Shown: positions 9,418 to 19,537 of the stretch, in pieces
Layout of the letters: every line of letters begins with the position of its first letter
How positions within the stretch are numbered: the first letter of the stretch is position 1
Assembly (NCBI GenBank): GCA_965217775.1
Contig: CBDCJH010000002.1
Span: forward strand, 416,001 to 480,000
Source of the DNA: Acidobacteriota bacterium
GTDB taxonomy: Bacteria; Acidobacteriota; UBA6911; RPQK01; JAJDTT01
Direction: 5' to 3'
DNA length: 64,000 nucleotides
Notes under the pieces: generated by a model
Seen by the model: the letters and a program-made list of their open reading frames with translations, nothing else
Told to the model about the DNA's origin: nothing
The model's database searches: none
Made by a program: the position numbers and the translations under genes

Positions 9418-10737
9418 TCAACGCCCGCCCGCCGGTTCCGTGTACCCCAATTCTTCTGCACTGGAAGCATGTCTCTGCGACTTGGCCCGATCACCGGTCA
9501 ATGCGAACAACTGGGCCAGCCGGTGGTGAGCCTCGCCATGGTCGGGGTTGAGTTCCAACACTCGAAGATAGGAGCGGATCGCGTCCGCCGGCGAGTCCTT
9601 GGCGTCATACGCCCGGCCCTTTTCCAGGTAGACCTCCGACTCGAACTCCAGGTACTTCCTGGAAGCCGAGAATCCGACGGCGTACGAGAGAGCCGAGTCC
9701 AACTCCGCGAGGGCCGAGTCGGGTCGACCGGTGAGGCGATGAGCGCGGGCCAGTTCCAGGCGGCCTTCCGGCACCGCCGGACTGATTTCGACGGCCTTCC
9801 GAAGCAGCTCCGTGGCCTTCTGCAGGACGCCCTCTTGCAGGTAGACGGAACCCGCCTTGAGAACCATGTCGGAGGTGGCGCCCTGCAAAGAGATGGCGCG
9901 GTCCAATCGGCTGAGAGCCGCTTCCGTTTCACCTCGATCCAGGTGAGCCAATCCCAGGTAGTAGTGGGCTTGAGCCAGGTCCGGGTCCAGTATGACGGCA
10001 GACTCGTTCTGCCGAATCGACACCCGAGGATCCCCCAACTGCCGATTCGCTTCCCCCAGGAGAGAGAGCAGTTCAGGTGTGTTCTCAGTGGTCTTGAATC
10101 GCTCTTCCAGGGTCTCCTTGGCCTTTCGGGCCCGGCCCAGATCGAGATAGACGCGGGCCAGATGAAATCGGGCACTGGTATTGTCGGGATCGATGGACAG
10201 TGCCTGCCTGAACTCCCCCTTCGCTTCGCCGATCATGCGATAGGAGCCAAGGAGCCGGTAGACGTAACCCAGCATCAGGTGGGCGCCGGCCGACCTCGGA
10301 TCGTGCGTGAGAGCCATTTTGAGCTCCTCGATCGCTTCCTGGGGCTTGCCCTGATTCAGATACCTGGAACCGCGTCTTAACGCCTGTTTGGAGTAAGCCT
10401 GGTTTGCGGCCTTCCGTTCCAGCTTCCGGATCACGACGTAGCCCAGGCCGGGATCGAAGAAATGTGTCATTGACCCCGGCGGAATTCCTTCCACCTGCCG
10501 GCGCAACTCCCTGCTGAGTTCGCCGATGGACATTTGGCCGAGGTAGCCGCCGCCGGCAGCGGTGGGATGGTTGGAATATCGGTGTGCGACTTCGTTGAAT
10601 CGAGTGCCCGATTTCAGTTCCGACAGAACGTCGTTCAATTGGGATTTGGTGGCGACGGTGATGATCTGCAGATCGACGAGCGAGTCGTCCCGGACTGCCC
10701 CGGCCAGGCAAGAGGAGAAGACCCAAACTGAAAACAT
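9418..10737 (-). CDS. Parvulin-type PPIase domain plus TPR repeat protein
   Basis: FNEVAHRYSNHPTAAGGGYLG rotamase motif then many TPRs; start chosen downstream of the region antisense to CocE copy 2 and is approximate. Confidence 0.78.
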   Translation of the reverse strand: MFSVWVFSSCLAGAVRDDSLVDLQIITVATKSQLNDVLSELKSGTRFNEVAHRYSNHPTAAGGGYLGQMSIGELSRELRRQVEGIPPGSMTHFFDPGLGYVVIRKLERKAANQAYSKQALRRGSRYLNQGKPQEAIEELKMALTHDPRSAGAHLMLGYVYRLLGSYRMIGEAKGEFRQALSIDPDNTSARFHLARVYLDLGRARKAKETLEERFKTTENTPELLSLLGEANRQLGDPRVSIRQNESAVILDPDLAQAHYYLGLAHLDRGETEAALSRLDRAISLQGATSDMVLKAGSVYLQEGVLQKATELLRKAVEISPAVPEGRLELARAHRLTGRPDSALAELDSALSYAVGFSASRKYLEFESEVYLEKGRAYDAKDSPADAIRSYLRVLELNPDHGEAHHRLAQLFALTGDRAKSQRHASSAEELGYTEPAGGR

Positions 10738-10808
10738 GACGCGTGCGAGTCTTGGTGACACCGGGCAGATCCTTTCAAAGGCGGCGACGGATCGACGGCG
10801 GAGCGGCG

Positions 10809-10833
10809 GTGGAGCGGCGGTTTCCAGCCGCCG
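10809..10833 (+). repeat. Short palindromic REP-like repeat, family 2
   Basis: GTGGAGCGGCGGTTTCCAGCCGCCG; related copies at 24931-24956 and 43434-43459. Confidence 0.45.
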
Positions 10834-10980
10834 TCCTCCGGAAGCAGAGTGGGGGACAAGAATGTCCCCCCTCCCACCTTGCTTCAGCCAGGATCCCGAT
10901 ACTATACTCCCTGCCAATTTTGTGATTCCAGGGAAGCATTTGGCATCCCTGGAGCCATTCCGAAGACTCCCGGAGAAAAG

Positions 10981-12768
10981 ATGTTTCCAGGAACGTGGAA
11001 CCGGATTTTGATCCTGCCGGCTCTGACCTTCATGGTGCCGGTCATCACCGCCGAGGCCCAACCGGAATGGGAACCCGGCCCCGAGCAGTATGCGGTTAAA
11101 GTCAAGATCAACGTGAAGGTCCCGATGCGGGACGGCGTCAATCTCTCTGCCGACATCTATCGTCCCGACGCGCCGGGTCAGTTTCCCTGCCTCTTGCTGC
11201 GGACCTACTGGGGCAACAATATCGGACCGTTGAAGGTGCCCTGGGGACTCTATTTTGCCCGCCGCGGGTACGGAGTCGCCCTGGTCGATGTGCGGGGGCG
11301 CTATGACGCCGAGGGTGTCTGGGAACCTTACGTCGATGAACCGCAAGACGGCTACGACACCCAGCAGTGGCTGGGACAGCAGGATTGGTGCAACGGTTCG
11401 GTGGGGACGTTCGGCCGCTCCTACGACGGCTTCACGGCGCTCATGTCCGCTCCACTCGGCAGCCCCTATCTGAAATGCATGGTCCCGGCTTCCAATCAAC
11501 AGACCAATTTCGGCCATCTCTTCAACGACGGAGTTCCCCAACTGGGTGTGATCTTCATGGCCGGAGTGTTTCTCGCGGGCCATACGCTGCAGCCCAACAT
11601 CTCCCGCTTCGCCCACGGAGAAGTGACCGTCAACTACGAGGAGGTGTTTCGGCGGCTCCCCCTCATGACTGCCTTGGACGACTTGGCCGAGGGTTCGTAC
11701 TACCAGGAGTGGCTGAGCCACTGGACCTATGACTCTTATTGGAAGTCCTATGGGGTCAAGGAAAAATATGGCCGGATCACGGTTCCGGCCTATCTGATGA
11801 GCGGATGGTACGACAACCTGGTGCACGAAGCGTTTCGCAACTTCGAAGGCATGCGCAAGGAGGGCGGCTCGGAGACTGCAAGGAAGGGAACCAAGATCCT
11901 GGTGGGTCCCTGGGCTCACGGCGGCTATCGGATGGCAGACGGAAAAACCGTCACTTTTGGAGACGGGCTCGATCTGCGGGAGGTCCACCTGAGATGGTAC
12001 GACTATTGGTTGAAGGGGATTGAAAACGGAATCGACCGGGAAGCGCCGATCCGCATCTTCGTGATGGGGGACGACCGGTGGAGAGATGAACAGGAGTGGC
12101 CCCTGGCCCGGACCCGGTGGACGGAGTACTACCTCTCCAGCGGCGGGAGAGCCAACTCCCTTCACGGAAATGGCCGGCTTTCTCCGCAACCGGACCCCTC
12201 CACCACCCCCACCGATTCCTACCACTACAATCCCCATGATCCAGTGCCGACTTTGGGAGGACAGATCTCGACCCATGGTGATCTGAAGGGTCCGAGAGAC
12301 CGCCGTCCGGTCCAGCGAAGAGACGATGTCCTGGTGTACACGAGCCCACCGCTGGACCGGGACACGGAAGTCACCGGACCGGTCGAGCTGAGGTTGTACG
12401 CGGCCTCAAACGCCAAGGACACGGATTTCACTGCAACGCTGACCGACGTCTATCCGGATGGACGGGCCATCCATATCTGCGAAGGGATTCAGCGGGCTGC
12501 CTTCCGGGAGTCTCTCGAGAACCCGAGTCTGATCGAACCGGGGAAGATCTATGAGTATCGCATCAGCCTCTGGGAGACCAGCACCGTCTTCAAAGCGGGT
12601 CACCGGGTCAGGCTCGAGATCTCCAGTAGCAATTTCCCCCGATATGCGAGAAATCTGAATACGGGCAATCGCCTGGGAACCAGCGCCGAAACGAAAATTG
12701 CGGAGCAGACCATCCACCATGATGGCCAGTACCCGTCGGCACTGGTTCTTCCCGTCATTCCTCGTTGA
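10981..12768 (+). CDS. CocE/NonD family serine hydrolase, copy 2
   Basis: PMRDGVNLSADIYRP, GRSYDG, GWYD, GPWAH, RLEISSSNFPR; signal peptide. Confidence 0.92.
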   Translation: MFPGTWNRILILPALTFMVPVITAEAQPEWEPGPEQYAVKVKINVKVPMRDGVNLSADIYRPDAPGQFPCLLLRTYWGNNIGPLKVPWGLYFARRGYGVALVDVRGRYDAEGVWEPYVDEPQDGYDTQQWLGQQDWCNGSVGTFGRSYDGFTALMSAPLGSPYLKCMVPASNQQTNFGHLFNDGVPQLGVIFMAGVFLAGHTLQPNISRFAHGEVTVNYEEVFRRLPLMTALDDLAEGSYYQEWLSHWTYDSYWKSYGVKEKYGRITVPAYLMSGWYDNLVHEAFRNFEGMRKEGGSETARKGTKILVGPWAHGGYRMADGKTVTFGDGLDLREVHLRWYDYWLKGIENGIDREAPIRIFVMGDDRWRDEQEWPLARTRWTEYYLSSGGRANSLHGNGRLSPQPDPSTTPTDSYHYNPHDPVPTLGGQISTHGDLKGPRDRRPVQRRDDVLVYTSPPLDRDTEVTGPVELRLYAASNAKDTDFTATLTDVYPDGRAIHICEGIQRAAFRESLENPSLIEPGKIYEYRISLWETSTVFKAGHRVRLEISSSNFPRYARNLNTGNRLGTSAETKIAEQTIHHDGQYPSALVLPVIPR

Positions 12769-12832
12769 AACAGGGTAAAGAACCGGCCGCAATCGCCGTC
12801 ACCGGTCAAATATTGTCCTGAAAGGACGTTTC

Positions 12833-14005
12833 TTGAAGATCAGCGACATCAAGACGACTTTCTTGAATCTCCCCCACAGAGAGCCGGAGTTCGTGTCCAC
12901 CGGTTATCGCTTGGGGACGACCGAAATTCTTATTGAAGTGGAGACCGACGAAGGCGTCACGGGGCTGGGAGAGTGCATCTGCCGGCCCAATTCACAAGTC
13001 ATCGAAGCGGCCATCCTGTCCGCCAAGCCGTTCTTGCTGGGACGGGATCCCAGAAACATCGAGCGCATTCTCAATGATCTGAAGAGCCTCGGGAACTGGA
13101 GTTTTTTTGAACGTGTCGGCAACGTGATGATGGGAGGAGTCGAAACCGCTCTCTGGGACATCATGGGGAAGGTGTCCGGCCAACCGCTCTACTACCTGCT
13201 CGGGGGGTTGCTTCGGGAGCGCATTCCGATCTTCTACTATCTTCTCCGCTTCCCCCTGGACGAGATGGTCCGGAGGGCCAGGCAAGCGGTTTTCGAGGGC
13301 TACCAGACCATCTTCTTCAAGGTCGGGGGCGATATGAACGGCGACATCGCCGCCATTGAAGCGGTCCGTGACGCCGTCGGGACGAATGCCAACATCCGGG
13401 TTGACGCCAACGAGGCCTGGACCCCGGGCACGGCGATCCGCTTCATCAAACAGGTGGAGAAATTCGATCTGGAGTGGGTCGAAGAGCCGGTGATCATCAA
13501 CGATCTGAACGCCCTGGCCCACGTTCGACGCTCGGTCAACACCCCCATCGCCGCCAATCAGTCGTCTTGGACCCTGTACGACGCCAAGCGAATCCTGCAG
13601 GCCAACGCGGCCGACGTTCTGGTCATCGATCAGTGGCAGATGGGCGGGTTGCTCTTCTACAAGAAGGCAGCGGCGTTGGCCGAAGCCTATGGCGTCGGGG
13701 TCAATCATCATTCCTGGGGAGAAACCAGCGTCGGTCACTTCGCGGGCTTCCATGTTGCCGCCTCCAGCCCCAACTTCCTCTACGCCAATCAGAGCTATCT
13801 CATGATGCGGGAGGACGATATCATCCAGGGAGGCCCGCCCAAGATCGAGCAGGGCTGTGTGGAGATTCCACACGGCCCCGGGATCGGAGTTGAGCTGGAC
13901 CGGGAGGCGGTAGGAAAGGCTGCCGAGCGTTATCGGCGTGACGGGCCCTACGCGGCCCGCGAAGGGCGTGACGACCTTCCGGTCACGCTCATTCCTCAGA
14001 TGTAG
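12833..14005 (+). CDS. Mandelate racemase/muconate lactonizing enzyme family protein
   Basis: ETDEGVTGLGE, ALWDIMGK, RVDANEAW, WVEEP, PHGPGIGVELD. Confidence 0.9.
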   Translation: MKISDIKTTFLNLPHREPEFVSTGYRLGTTEILIEVETDEGVTGLGECICRPNSQVIEAAILSAKPFLLGRDPRNIERILNDLKSLGNWSFFERVGNVMMGGVETALWDIMGKVSGQPLYYLLGGLLRERIPIFYYLLRFPLDEMVRRARQAVFEGYQTIFFKVGGDMNGDIAAIEAVRDAVGTNANIRVDANEAWTPGTAIRFIKQVEKFDLEWVEEPVIINDLNALAHVRRSVNTPIAANQSSWTLYDAKRILQANAADVLVIDQWQMGGLLFYKKAAALAEAYGVGVNHHSWGETSVGHFAGFHVAASSPNFLYANQSYLMMREDDIIQGGPPKIEQGCVEIPHGPGIGVELDREAVGKAAERYRRDGPYAAREGRDDLPVTLIPQM

Positions 14006-14014
14006 GTTCGACTC

Positions 14015-14179
14015 ATGGACAAAGGCGGCCGCCAAGGCGACTCTTCGGTGAACTTGGCTCAACTGGATCGGAACGAGCCCTCCTGGCGGAGTGCCGCCAT
14101 CGGTTTCGTTCTCATATTCCTGGCGGCGGGCCTGTTCTACCTTTTCTGGATTCTCCTGTTTCACCTGATTTCTCCATGA
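14015..14179 (+). CDS. Small single-TM protein (54 aa) coupled to the SSS symporter
   Basis: MDKGG...WRSAAIGFVLIFLAAGLFYLFWILLFHLISP*; ATGA overlap with next gene; not in the ORF track. Confidence 0.6.
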   Translation: MDKGGRQGDSSVNLAQLDRNEPSWRSAAIGFVLIFLAAGLFYLFWILLFHLISP

Positions 14180-15615
14180 ACGAGATCCTCTGGCCCCTGG
14201 TCGCCGTCTATCTGCTGGTCGTAGTGGGGATCGGCGTCTGGAGCGCGAAGCGGCGCGTGACGACCTATGAGGACATGACCGTCGCCGGGCGAAGCGTGGG
14301 TCCCTGGCTGATCGCCTGCTCGGTGGCCGCCACCTGGATCAACGGCGTCACCCTGATCACCATCACCGGCTTCGGCAAGAGCTTCGGTCTCAGTTCCTAC
14401 TGGCACACCAGCGCCGTCGGGATAGGTACCCTGTGGATCGGAATCTTTCTCATTCCTCGAATGTGGAAGCTCCGGGTCATCACCACTCCTCAGATCCTGG
14501 AACGCTTCTTCGGTCCGACGCATCGCCTGGTGGCGCTGTTCGTGGCAATGCTGCGAGATTTCGGCGCCACGGCGGGGACCATCGGCGCCACCGCCATCGT
14601 GACTTCGTCGGCGCTGGATATCAGCATCTTCACCGCCCTCGTGCTGACTTATTTCATCACCGTCCTCTACGTGGCGCTGGGGGGGATGTGGGCGGTGCTG
14701 CTCACCGATACGATCCAGTTCTTCATCATCGTGCTCGGCACGGTGCTGCTTCTGGTCCTGTCCATTGTGAATCTGGGCGGTCTGGGGGCAATGGTGGAGA
14801 AGGTCGACGAGCCGGCGCTGTTCTCCTTCACGGGCAACTTCGATGCGTTGGAGATCCTGGGCTGGTTCTCCATGGGCTTCTTCCTGGCCTGCGGGTACCA
14901 GAGCTTGGCGCAGAGAGCCTTTTCGGCATCCAGCGCCGAGGTGGCACGCCGAGGGTTCATCTACGGCGGGTTCCTGACCATATTGTGGTACATCATTCCG
15001 GCCTTGTTGGGGTTGGTCGGAATCGCTTTCTTTGGCAAGGACGTCGAAGCCGACCAGGTCTTTTTGAGCCTTTCGGGTCAGTTGGCGGGGCCATACCTGG
15101 GGAGCATCATTTTCATCGCCATCTTGAGCGCCAACATGTCGACCTTGAGTTCCACCATCGGGACCATGGGATCGAACGTGACCGTGGACATCTACCAGAG
15201 GTTCATCGATCCCCAGGCCGGCGCGTCGCGGATGCTCCTGGTGTCCCGATTGAGTATCTTGCTGACCGCGGTTCTGGCTTGCGTCACCTACTACTACATT
15301 CCGCTGCTGCTGGAGCTGTTCTTTGCCGGGGGCCGGCTGGTGGCGGGCTCGCTGTCGCCGGTGTTGATCGCCGTCCTTCTCTTCCCGTCCATGCGCAAGA
15401 AAACCCGGACGGTGTTGGCTGCGTTGACGGTCAGTGCGGTAGCGGTCATCGTCTCTCAGGCCGTCATGCCCCGGGAGCTCAAGGCGGGAGCCAGCTTTTT
15501 CATCTGGGTGTTCGACCCGGTGCTGATTGGCGTGTTGATATCAACCGTGGTCCTGGTGGTCGGCAAGCGGCTGGAGAGCGACAGATCAGACTCGCCGGTT
15601 TCGGCTGAGAGTTGA
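14176..15615 (+). CDS. Sodium:solute symporter family protein
   Basis: Many TM helices; AGRSVG, YVALGGMWAVLLTD, SANMSTLSS. Confidence 0.92.
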   Translation: MNEILWPLVAVYLLVVVGIGVWSAKRRVTTYEDMTVAGRSVGPWLIACSVAATWINGVTLITITGFGKSFGLSSYWHTSAVGIGTLWIGIFLIPRMWKLRVITTPQILERFFGPTHRLVALFVAMLRDFGATAGTIGATAIVTSSALDISIFTALVLTYFITVLYVALGGMWAVLLTDTIQFFIIVLGTVLLLVLSIVNLGGLGAMVEKVDEPALFSFTGNFDALEILGWFSMGFFLACGYQSLAQRAFSASSAEVARRGFIYGGFLTILWYIIPALLGLVGIAFFGKDVEADQVFLSLSGQLAGPYLGSIIFIAILSANMSTLSSTIGTMGSNVTVDIYQRFIDPQAGASRMLLVSRLSILLTAVLACVTYYYIPLLLELFFAGGRLVAGSLSPVLIAVLLFPSMRKKTRTVLAALTVSAVAVIVSQAVMPRELKAGASFFIWVFDPVLIGVLISTVVLVVGKRLESDRSDSPVSAES

Positions 15616-15650
15616 AGGTTGGGCCGGTAGGAGGAACGGAGAGAAAAATC

Positions 15651-16556
15651 ATGCCGTATCGACTCGCCCGTCTCAGAGCGTATCTTCCCGGCCTCCTGTT
15701 CGTGATCGGGACCGCAGGCTGCTCGGTTTCGGACCCGGCCGAGGTGAAGGAAGAGCCGTCGTCGCCAAGTGACGGTCTGAGCGCGGCGCTCAGCTTCCAT
15801 GCCTCCTTTGACCAGGGGCCCGTCGCCGATTTCGCCCGAGGCGATTCGCAGATCTACACGGCGCCCAAGTACGACCAGCTCGACCAGGCGTCGCCCGGCA
15901 TCGACGACCCGGACATCACCATCGAAAACAATGCAGGCCAGATTGGAAGCGCACTCAAATTCAGCCGGAGCTATAAACGCGCCTTGTTCTACAGGTCCGA
16001 GAAGAACCTGGCCTACTCGACCGAAAACTGGGCCGGCACCATCTCCTTCTGGCTCAATCTGAATCCGGATGAAGATCTGGAGCCCGGCTATTGCGACCCG
16101 ATCCAGGTGACGGACAGCGCCTACAACGACGCCGCGATCTGGGTGGACTTCAGCAAGGACCCGCCGCGGGAATTCAGGCTTGGAGTCTTCGGGGATCTGG
16201 AGGTCTGGAATCCGCAGAAAGTCTCCCCAAATGACAATCTAGATTTCATGAACCGGCTGGTTGCGGTCACACGCCCTCCGTTCAAGCGCGGCAGTTGGAC
16301 CCACATCGTGATGACCTACACCGGCCTGAACAGTGATGCCGGCGGCACGGCCCGGCTCTATCTCGACGGCCGGTTTCAGGGCGCCGCCGAAGGGATTCAG
16401 GAACCGTTCACCTGGGATCTTCCCGGGAGTACGATTCGGTTGGGGATCAACTACGTCGGCTTGTTCGATGAGTTGGCGATTTTTGACAGAGCCCTCGGTG
16501 ACGAAGAAGTCCGGATCCTCCACCAGCTCGAGGGTGGCGTGGCGGCACTTTACTAA
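15651..16556 (+). CDS. LamG/concanavalin A-like domain lipoprotein
   Basis: Lipobox TAGC; GTISFW, WTHIVMTY, LYLDG, GLFDELAIFDRAL. Confidence 0.78.
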   Translation: MPYRLARLRAYLPGLLFVIGTAGCSVSDPAEVKEEPSSPSDGLSAALSFHASFDQGPVADFARGDSQIYTAPKYDQLDQASPGIDDPDITIENNAGQIGSALKFSRSYKRALFYRSEKNLAYSTENWAGTISFWLNLNPDEDLEPGYCDPIQVTDSAYNDAAIWVDFSKDPPREFRLGVFGDLEVWNPQKVSPNDNLDFMNRLVAVTRPPFKRGSWTHIVMTYTGLNSDAGGTARLYLDGRFQGAAEGIQEPFTWDLPGSTIRLGINYVGLFDELAIFDRALGDEEVRILHQLEGGVAALY

Positions 16557-17698
16557 ATCGAAGAAGGCGTCAACTGCATTCCACCGGTAAACCGGGCGAT
16601 CCCGTCCGGGTTCCACTCCAGGCCGAGTCCCGGACCGTCCGGAATCGGAATCATCCCGTCTTCATCGGGATGAATGGGGACGGCCAGCAGCTCTTCGATG
16701 TAGGGTGCCGGCGTAATGTATTCGACCCAGCGCGCACAGGGGACGGCGGCGACGAGTTGAAGATCGGCTGCCAGGCCGATCGCCGTATTCCAGCCGTGAG
16801 GAACGAAACGGATCGAGTGATCGTCCGCATATCGAGCAATGCGAATTTCCTCGCTGATTCCTCCGACTTTGGTGACGTCGGGCTGGATGTAGTCCACGGC
16901 TCTCCGTTCGATCCACTCGATAAATGACTGTCGCCGCGTGAAGACTTCACAGCCGGAAATGGGCAGCGGCGCATTTTCGGTCAACGCCACATAGCCGTTC
17001 AGATCATCCGGCCGTAGCGGCTCTTCAAACCAGGTAATCCCGTAGTCAGCGAGCATCTGCGCGGTCTGCAGTCCCCATTTGTAGCCATGCGGCCAAAAGG
17101 CATCCGAACCGCCGGCGTCCACCATCAATTCGATATCCGGACCCACCGTTTCGCGCGCGGCCTTGACGATGGCTTCATCGGTCTGCCGGTCACGGCGGCC
17201 GAACGGACCCCACCCGATCTTGAAGGCACGGAATCCCCGGCTGAGCCCGTCTTTCAGCGAGGCTCGCAATATTTCGGGTTCATCCATCAGCAGGGAACCG
17301 TACGGCTTGACCCGGTCGCGGTAGCGGCCTCCCAGCAGCCGGCTGATGGGCTGGCCGGTGACCTTCCCGAGAATGTCCCAGAGCGCGATGTCGATGCCCG
17401 AAATGGCGTGGGTGACGGCCCCGCCGCGGCCCTGCCAGAAGGTCTGCTGGTGGCAAGTCTCGGTCGTCGCCGCCGGATCCAGGGCGGAGGCGCCGATCAG
17501 GAACGGCCGCATCACTTCGATGGCGCCCCGGATCAGCCGTTCCGAGGTGAACGCGCTGCCCACCCCGGTCACGCCTTCATCGGTGATGACCTCGACCAGC
17601 GTGTGCAGGTTGTTCTCGAGATCGGAAAACTTGTCATCCCATCCACCATCGGGAGTTTCGCCGCGGAGCGGCAGCAGACGGATGTCCTGAATCTTCAT
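16553..17698 (-). CDS. Mandelate racemase/enolase superfamily protein
   Basis: GIDIALWDILGK, KIGWG, LMVDAG, WFEEP, QPDVTKVGG. Confidence 0.9.
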   Translation of the reverse strand: MKIQDIRLLPLRGETPDGGWDDKFSDLENNLHTLVEVITDEGVTGVGSAFTSERLIRGAIEVMRPFLIGASALDPAATTETCHQQTFWQGRGGAVTHAISGIDIALWDILGKVTGQPISRLLGGRYRDRVKPYGSLLMDEPEILRASLKDGLSRGFRAFKIGWGPFGRRDRQTDEAIVKAARETVGPDIELMVDAGGSDAFWPHGYKWGLQTAQMLADYGITWFEEPLRPDDLNGYVALTENAPLPISGCEVFTRRQSFIEWIERRAVDYIQPDVTKVGGISEEIRIARYADDHSIRFVPHGWNTAIGLAADLQLVAAVPCARWVEYITPAPYIEELLAVPIHPDEDGMIPIPDGPGLGLEWNPDGIARFTGGMQLTPSSI

Positions 17699-17791
17699 CG
17701 GAATCCCCTTTCCTGGACCGGTGACCAGGATGCGCCTGGCGGCGGACGCCGAGACGGTGTCCCTTGGAGATTGAAAAGGTGGACTACCGCA

Positions 17792-19537
17792 TCACAATTC
17801 GTGAACGGCCACCGAATTCTCATTGCGGAGCCGCCGACGCAGGACTGCCGTGGCCTTTTGGTCCACTGCCAGATCGTCGTCGAAAACCACGCCGTAGTCA
17901 TCGCGAGCCGCTTGGATCGACACTTTCTCGTTCCTGACGTCCCGCTGAACGGCCTCCGGGGGCCGATCGAGCGGTTCGCCCCAGCCACCGCCCCCAGGCT
18001 GCCGATGGTAGAGAACGTCGCCTTCCTTCAACGTGCTCGAAATCATGACGGGAAGGACTTCCTGGTCTTCCTCCCGGCTCAGAACGGTGAGGGAACCCGT
18101 TCCAGGTTTCCCCGAGTAGAGTCCATAAGGGAGGTGGTCGCGCCGGTCGGAACGGATGGCCAAGTGGGTTTCGCCCTCCATCAACTCCCATTCCCGTTCG
18201 ACGGCCAAGCCGCCGCGGTACCTTCCGGCGCCTCCCGAGTCTCCCACCAGGCCGTAGCGCCGGATGCGGAGCGGGTACTCGGTCTCGGCGTGCTCTACGG
18301 GTATGTTGCTGGCGACGTTGATGGGATTGCAGAGGCCGTCGTTGCCGTCGCGGTCCGGACGGCCACCCCAGGTTCCGGTCATCAACTCGTAGTAGACATA
18401 CGGCGACCGGTCCTTTCGCATCCCCCCGATCACCACCAACGTGTTGCCTCCTTCACCTGCTGCCAGAATCCGGTCGGGCAGCAGCCCGGCCAGCGCACCG
18501 AAAATCGCATCGACCATGCGAAAGCCGGTCACGCCGCGCATCGATGAGGCGCCGGGCATGACGACGTTTACCACGGTGCCGGGCTCGGTAATGATGTTCA
18601 GGGGCTTGAACATGCCGGCGGTATTGGGCACCTCCTCCCGCATGGCGCAGCGGACACAGACGGCTACGGCGCCTTCAGTGAAGGAGAGCGTGCTGTTGAG
18701 TGCCCCGCGGACTTGCGGATCGGTGCCGGTGAAGTCGGCGGTCAGGGAATCGCCTTCGATAGTGACCTTCACCTGGAGACGCACCCTCGGCCCTCCGACT
18801 CCATCGCTGTCCATGTAGTCGGTGAAGGTGTTGCTGCCGTCCGGCCAGGCGGCGATCTCGGCCCGCATCAGGCGCTCCGTGTAGGCGATGAGATCGTCGG
18901 CACAATCGGCAAATGTCTCGGGACCATGACGCTCCACGAGCGACTGGACGGCGCGAGCACCGATGTTGCAGGCGGCAACCTGGGCCCGGAGGTCACCGAT
19001 GGTCTGCTCGGGAACCCGGACATTGGTGCGCATCAACTCGAAGATCGCCACGTCGGGTTCTCCCTGGTGGAAGAGTTTGAGCCAGGGAATGCGGAATCCT
19101 TCCTGGAAAATCTCCGTATTGTCACACGCCGAGCTTCCGGGCAGACGTCCTCCCAGATCGAGGTGGTGTGCCGTACTGACGGCAAAGGAAACTCGACGGC
19201 CCTCAATGAAAATGGGTTTGACGACATAGATGTCGGGGATGTGCATTCCTCCGCCGAAAGGATCGTTCATGATGAAAACGTCCTCCGGCTCCATGTCGTC
19301 GCCGTACTTGTCCAGCAGGGTCTCCATGGCGTGGGGGACCGATCCCAGATGCAGGGGGATCGTCACGCCTTGCGCGATCATCTCGCCCTGGGCGTTGCAC
19401 AGTGACGTGGAGTAGTCGAGACAGTCCCGGACGATCGTGGAGTAAGCCGTCCGATAGAGCGCCAGTGACATTTCGTCGGCGGCCGACGAGAGGGCGTTCT
19501 GAATGATTTCACGGGTGATGGGATCGATCTCGGTCAT
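17792..19537 (-). CDS. Hydantoinase B / oxoprolinase subunit
   Basis: RTAYSTIVRD, NDPFGGGMHIPD, HHLDLGG, DSGGAGRYRGG, GGGGWGEP. Confidence 0.92.
   Translation of the reverse strand: MTEIDPITREIIQNALSSAADEMSLALYRTAYSTIVRDCLDYSTSLCNAQGEMIAQGVTIPLHLGSVPHAMETLLDKYGDDMEPEDVFIMNDPFGGGMHIPDIYVVKPIFIEGRRVSFAVSTAHHLDLGGRLPGSSACDNTEIFQEGFRIPWLKLFHQGEPDVAIFELMRTNVRVPEQTIGDLRAQVAACNIGARAVQSLVERHGPETFADCADDLIAYTERLMRAEIAAWPDGSNTFTDYMDSDGVGGPRVRLQVKVTIEGDSLTADFTGTDPQVRGALNSTLSFTEGAVAVCVRCAMREEVPNTAGMFKPLNIITEPGTVVNVVMPGASSMRGVTGFRMVDAIFGALAGLLPDRILAAGEGGNTLVVIGGMRKDRSPYVYYELMTGTWGGRPDRDGNDGLCNPINVASNIPVEHAETEYPLRIRRYGLVGDSGGAGRYRGGLAVEREWELMEGETHLAIRSDRRDHLPYGLYSGKPGTGSLTVLSREEDQEVLPVMISSTLKEGDVLYHRQPGGGGWGEPLDRPPEAVQRDVRNEKVSIQAARDDYGVVFDDDLAVDQKATAVLRRRLRNENSVAVHEL

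Noticed and set aside
9418-12276. 952-aa minus-strand ORF as one giant protein
   Set aside because: Its N-terminal half is antisense to CocE copy 2; only about 9418-10737 has recognisable domains
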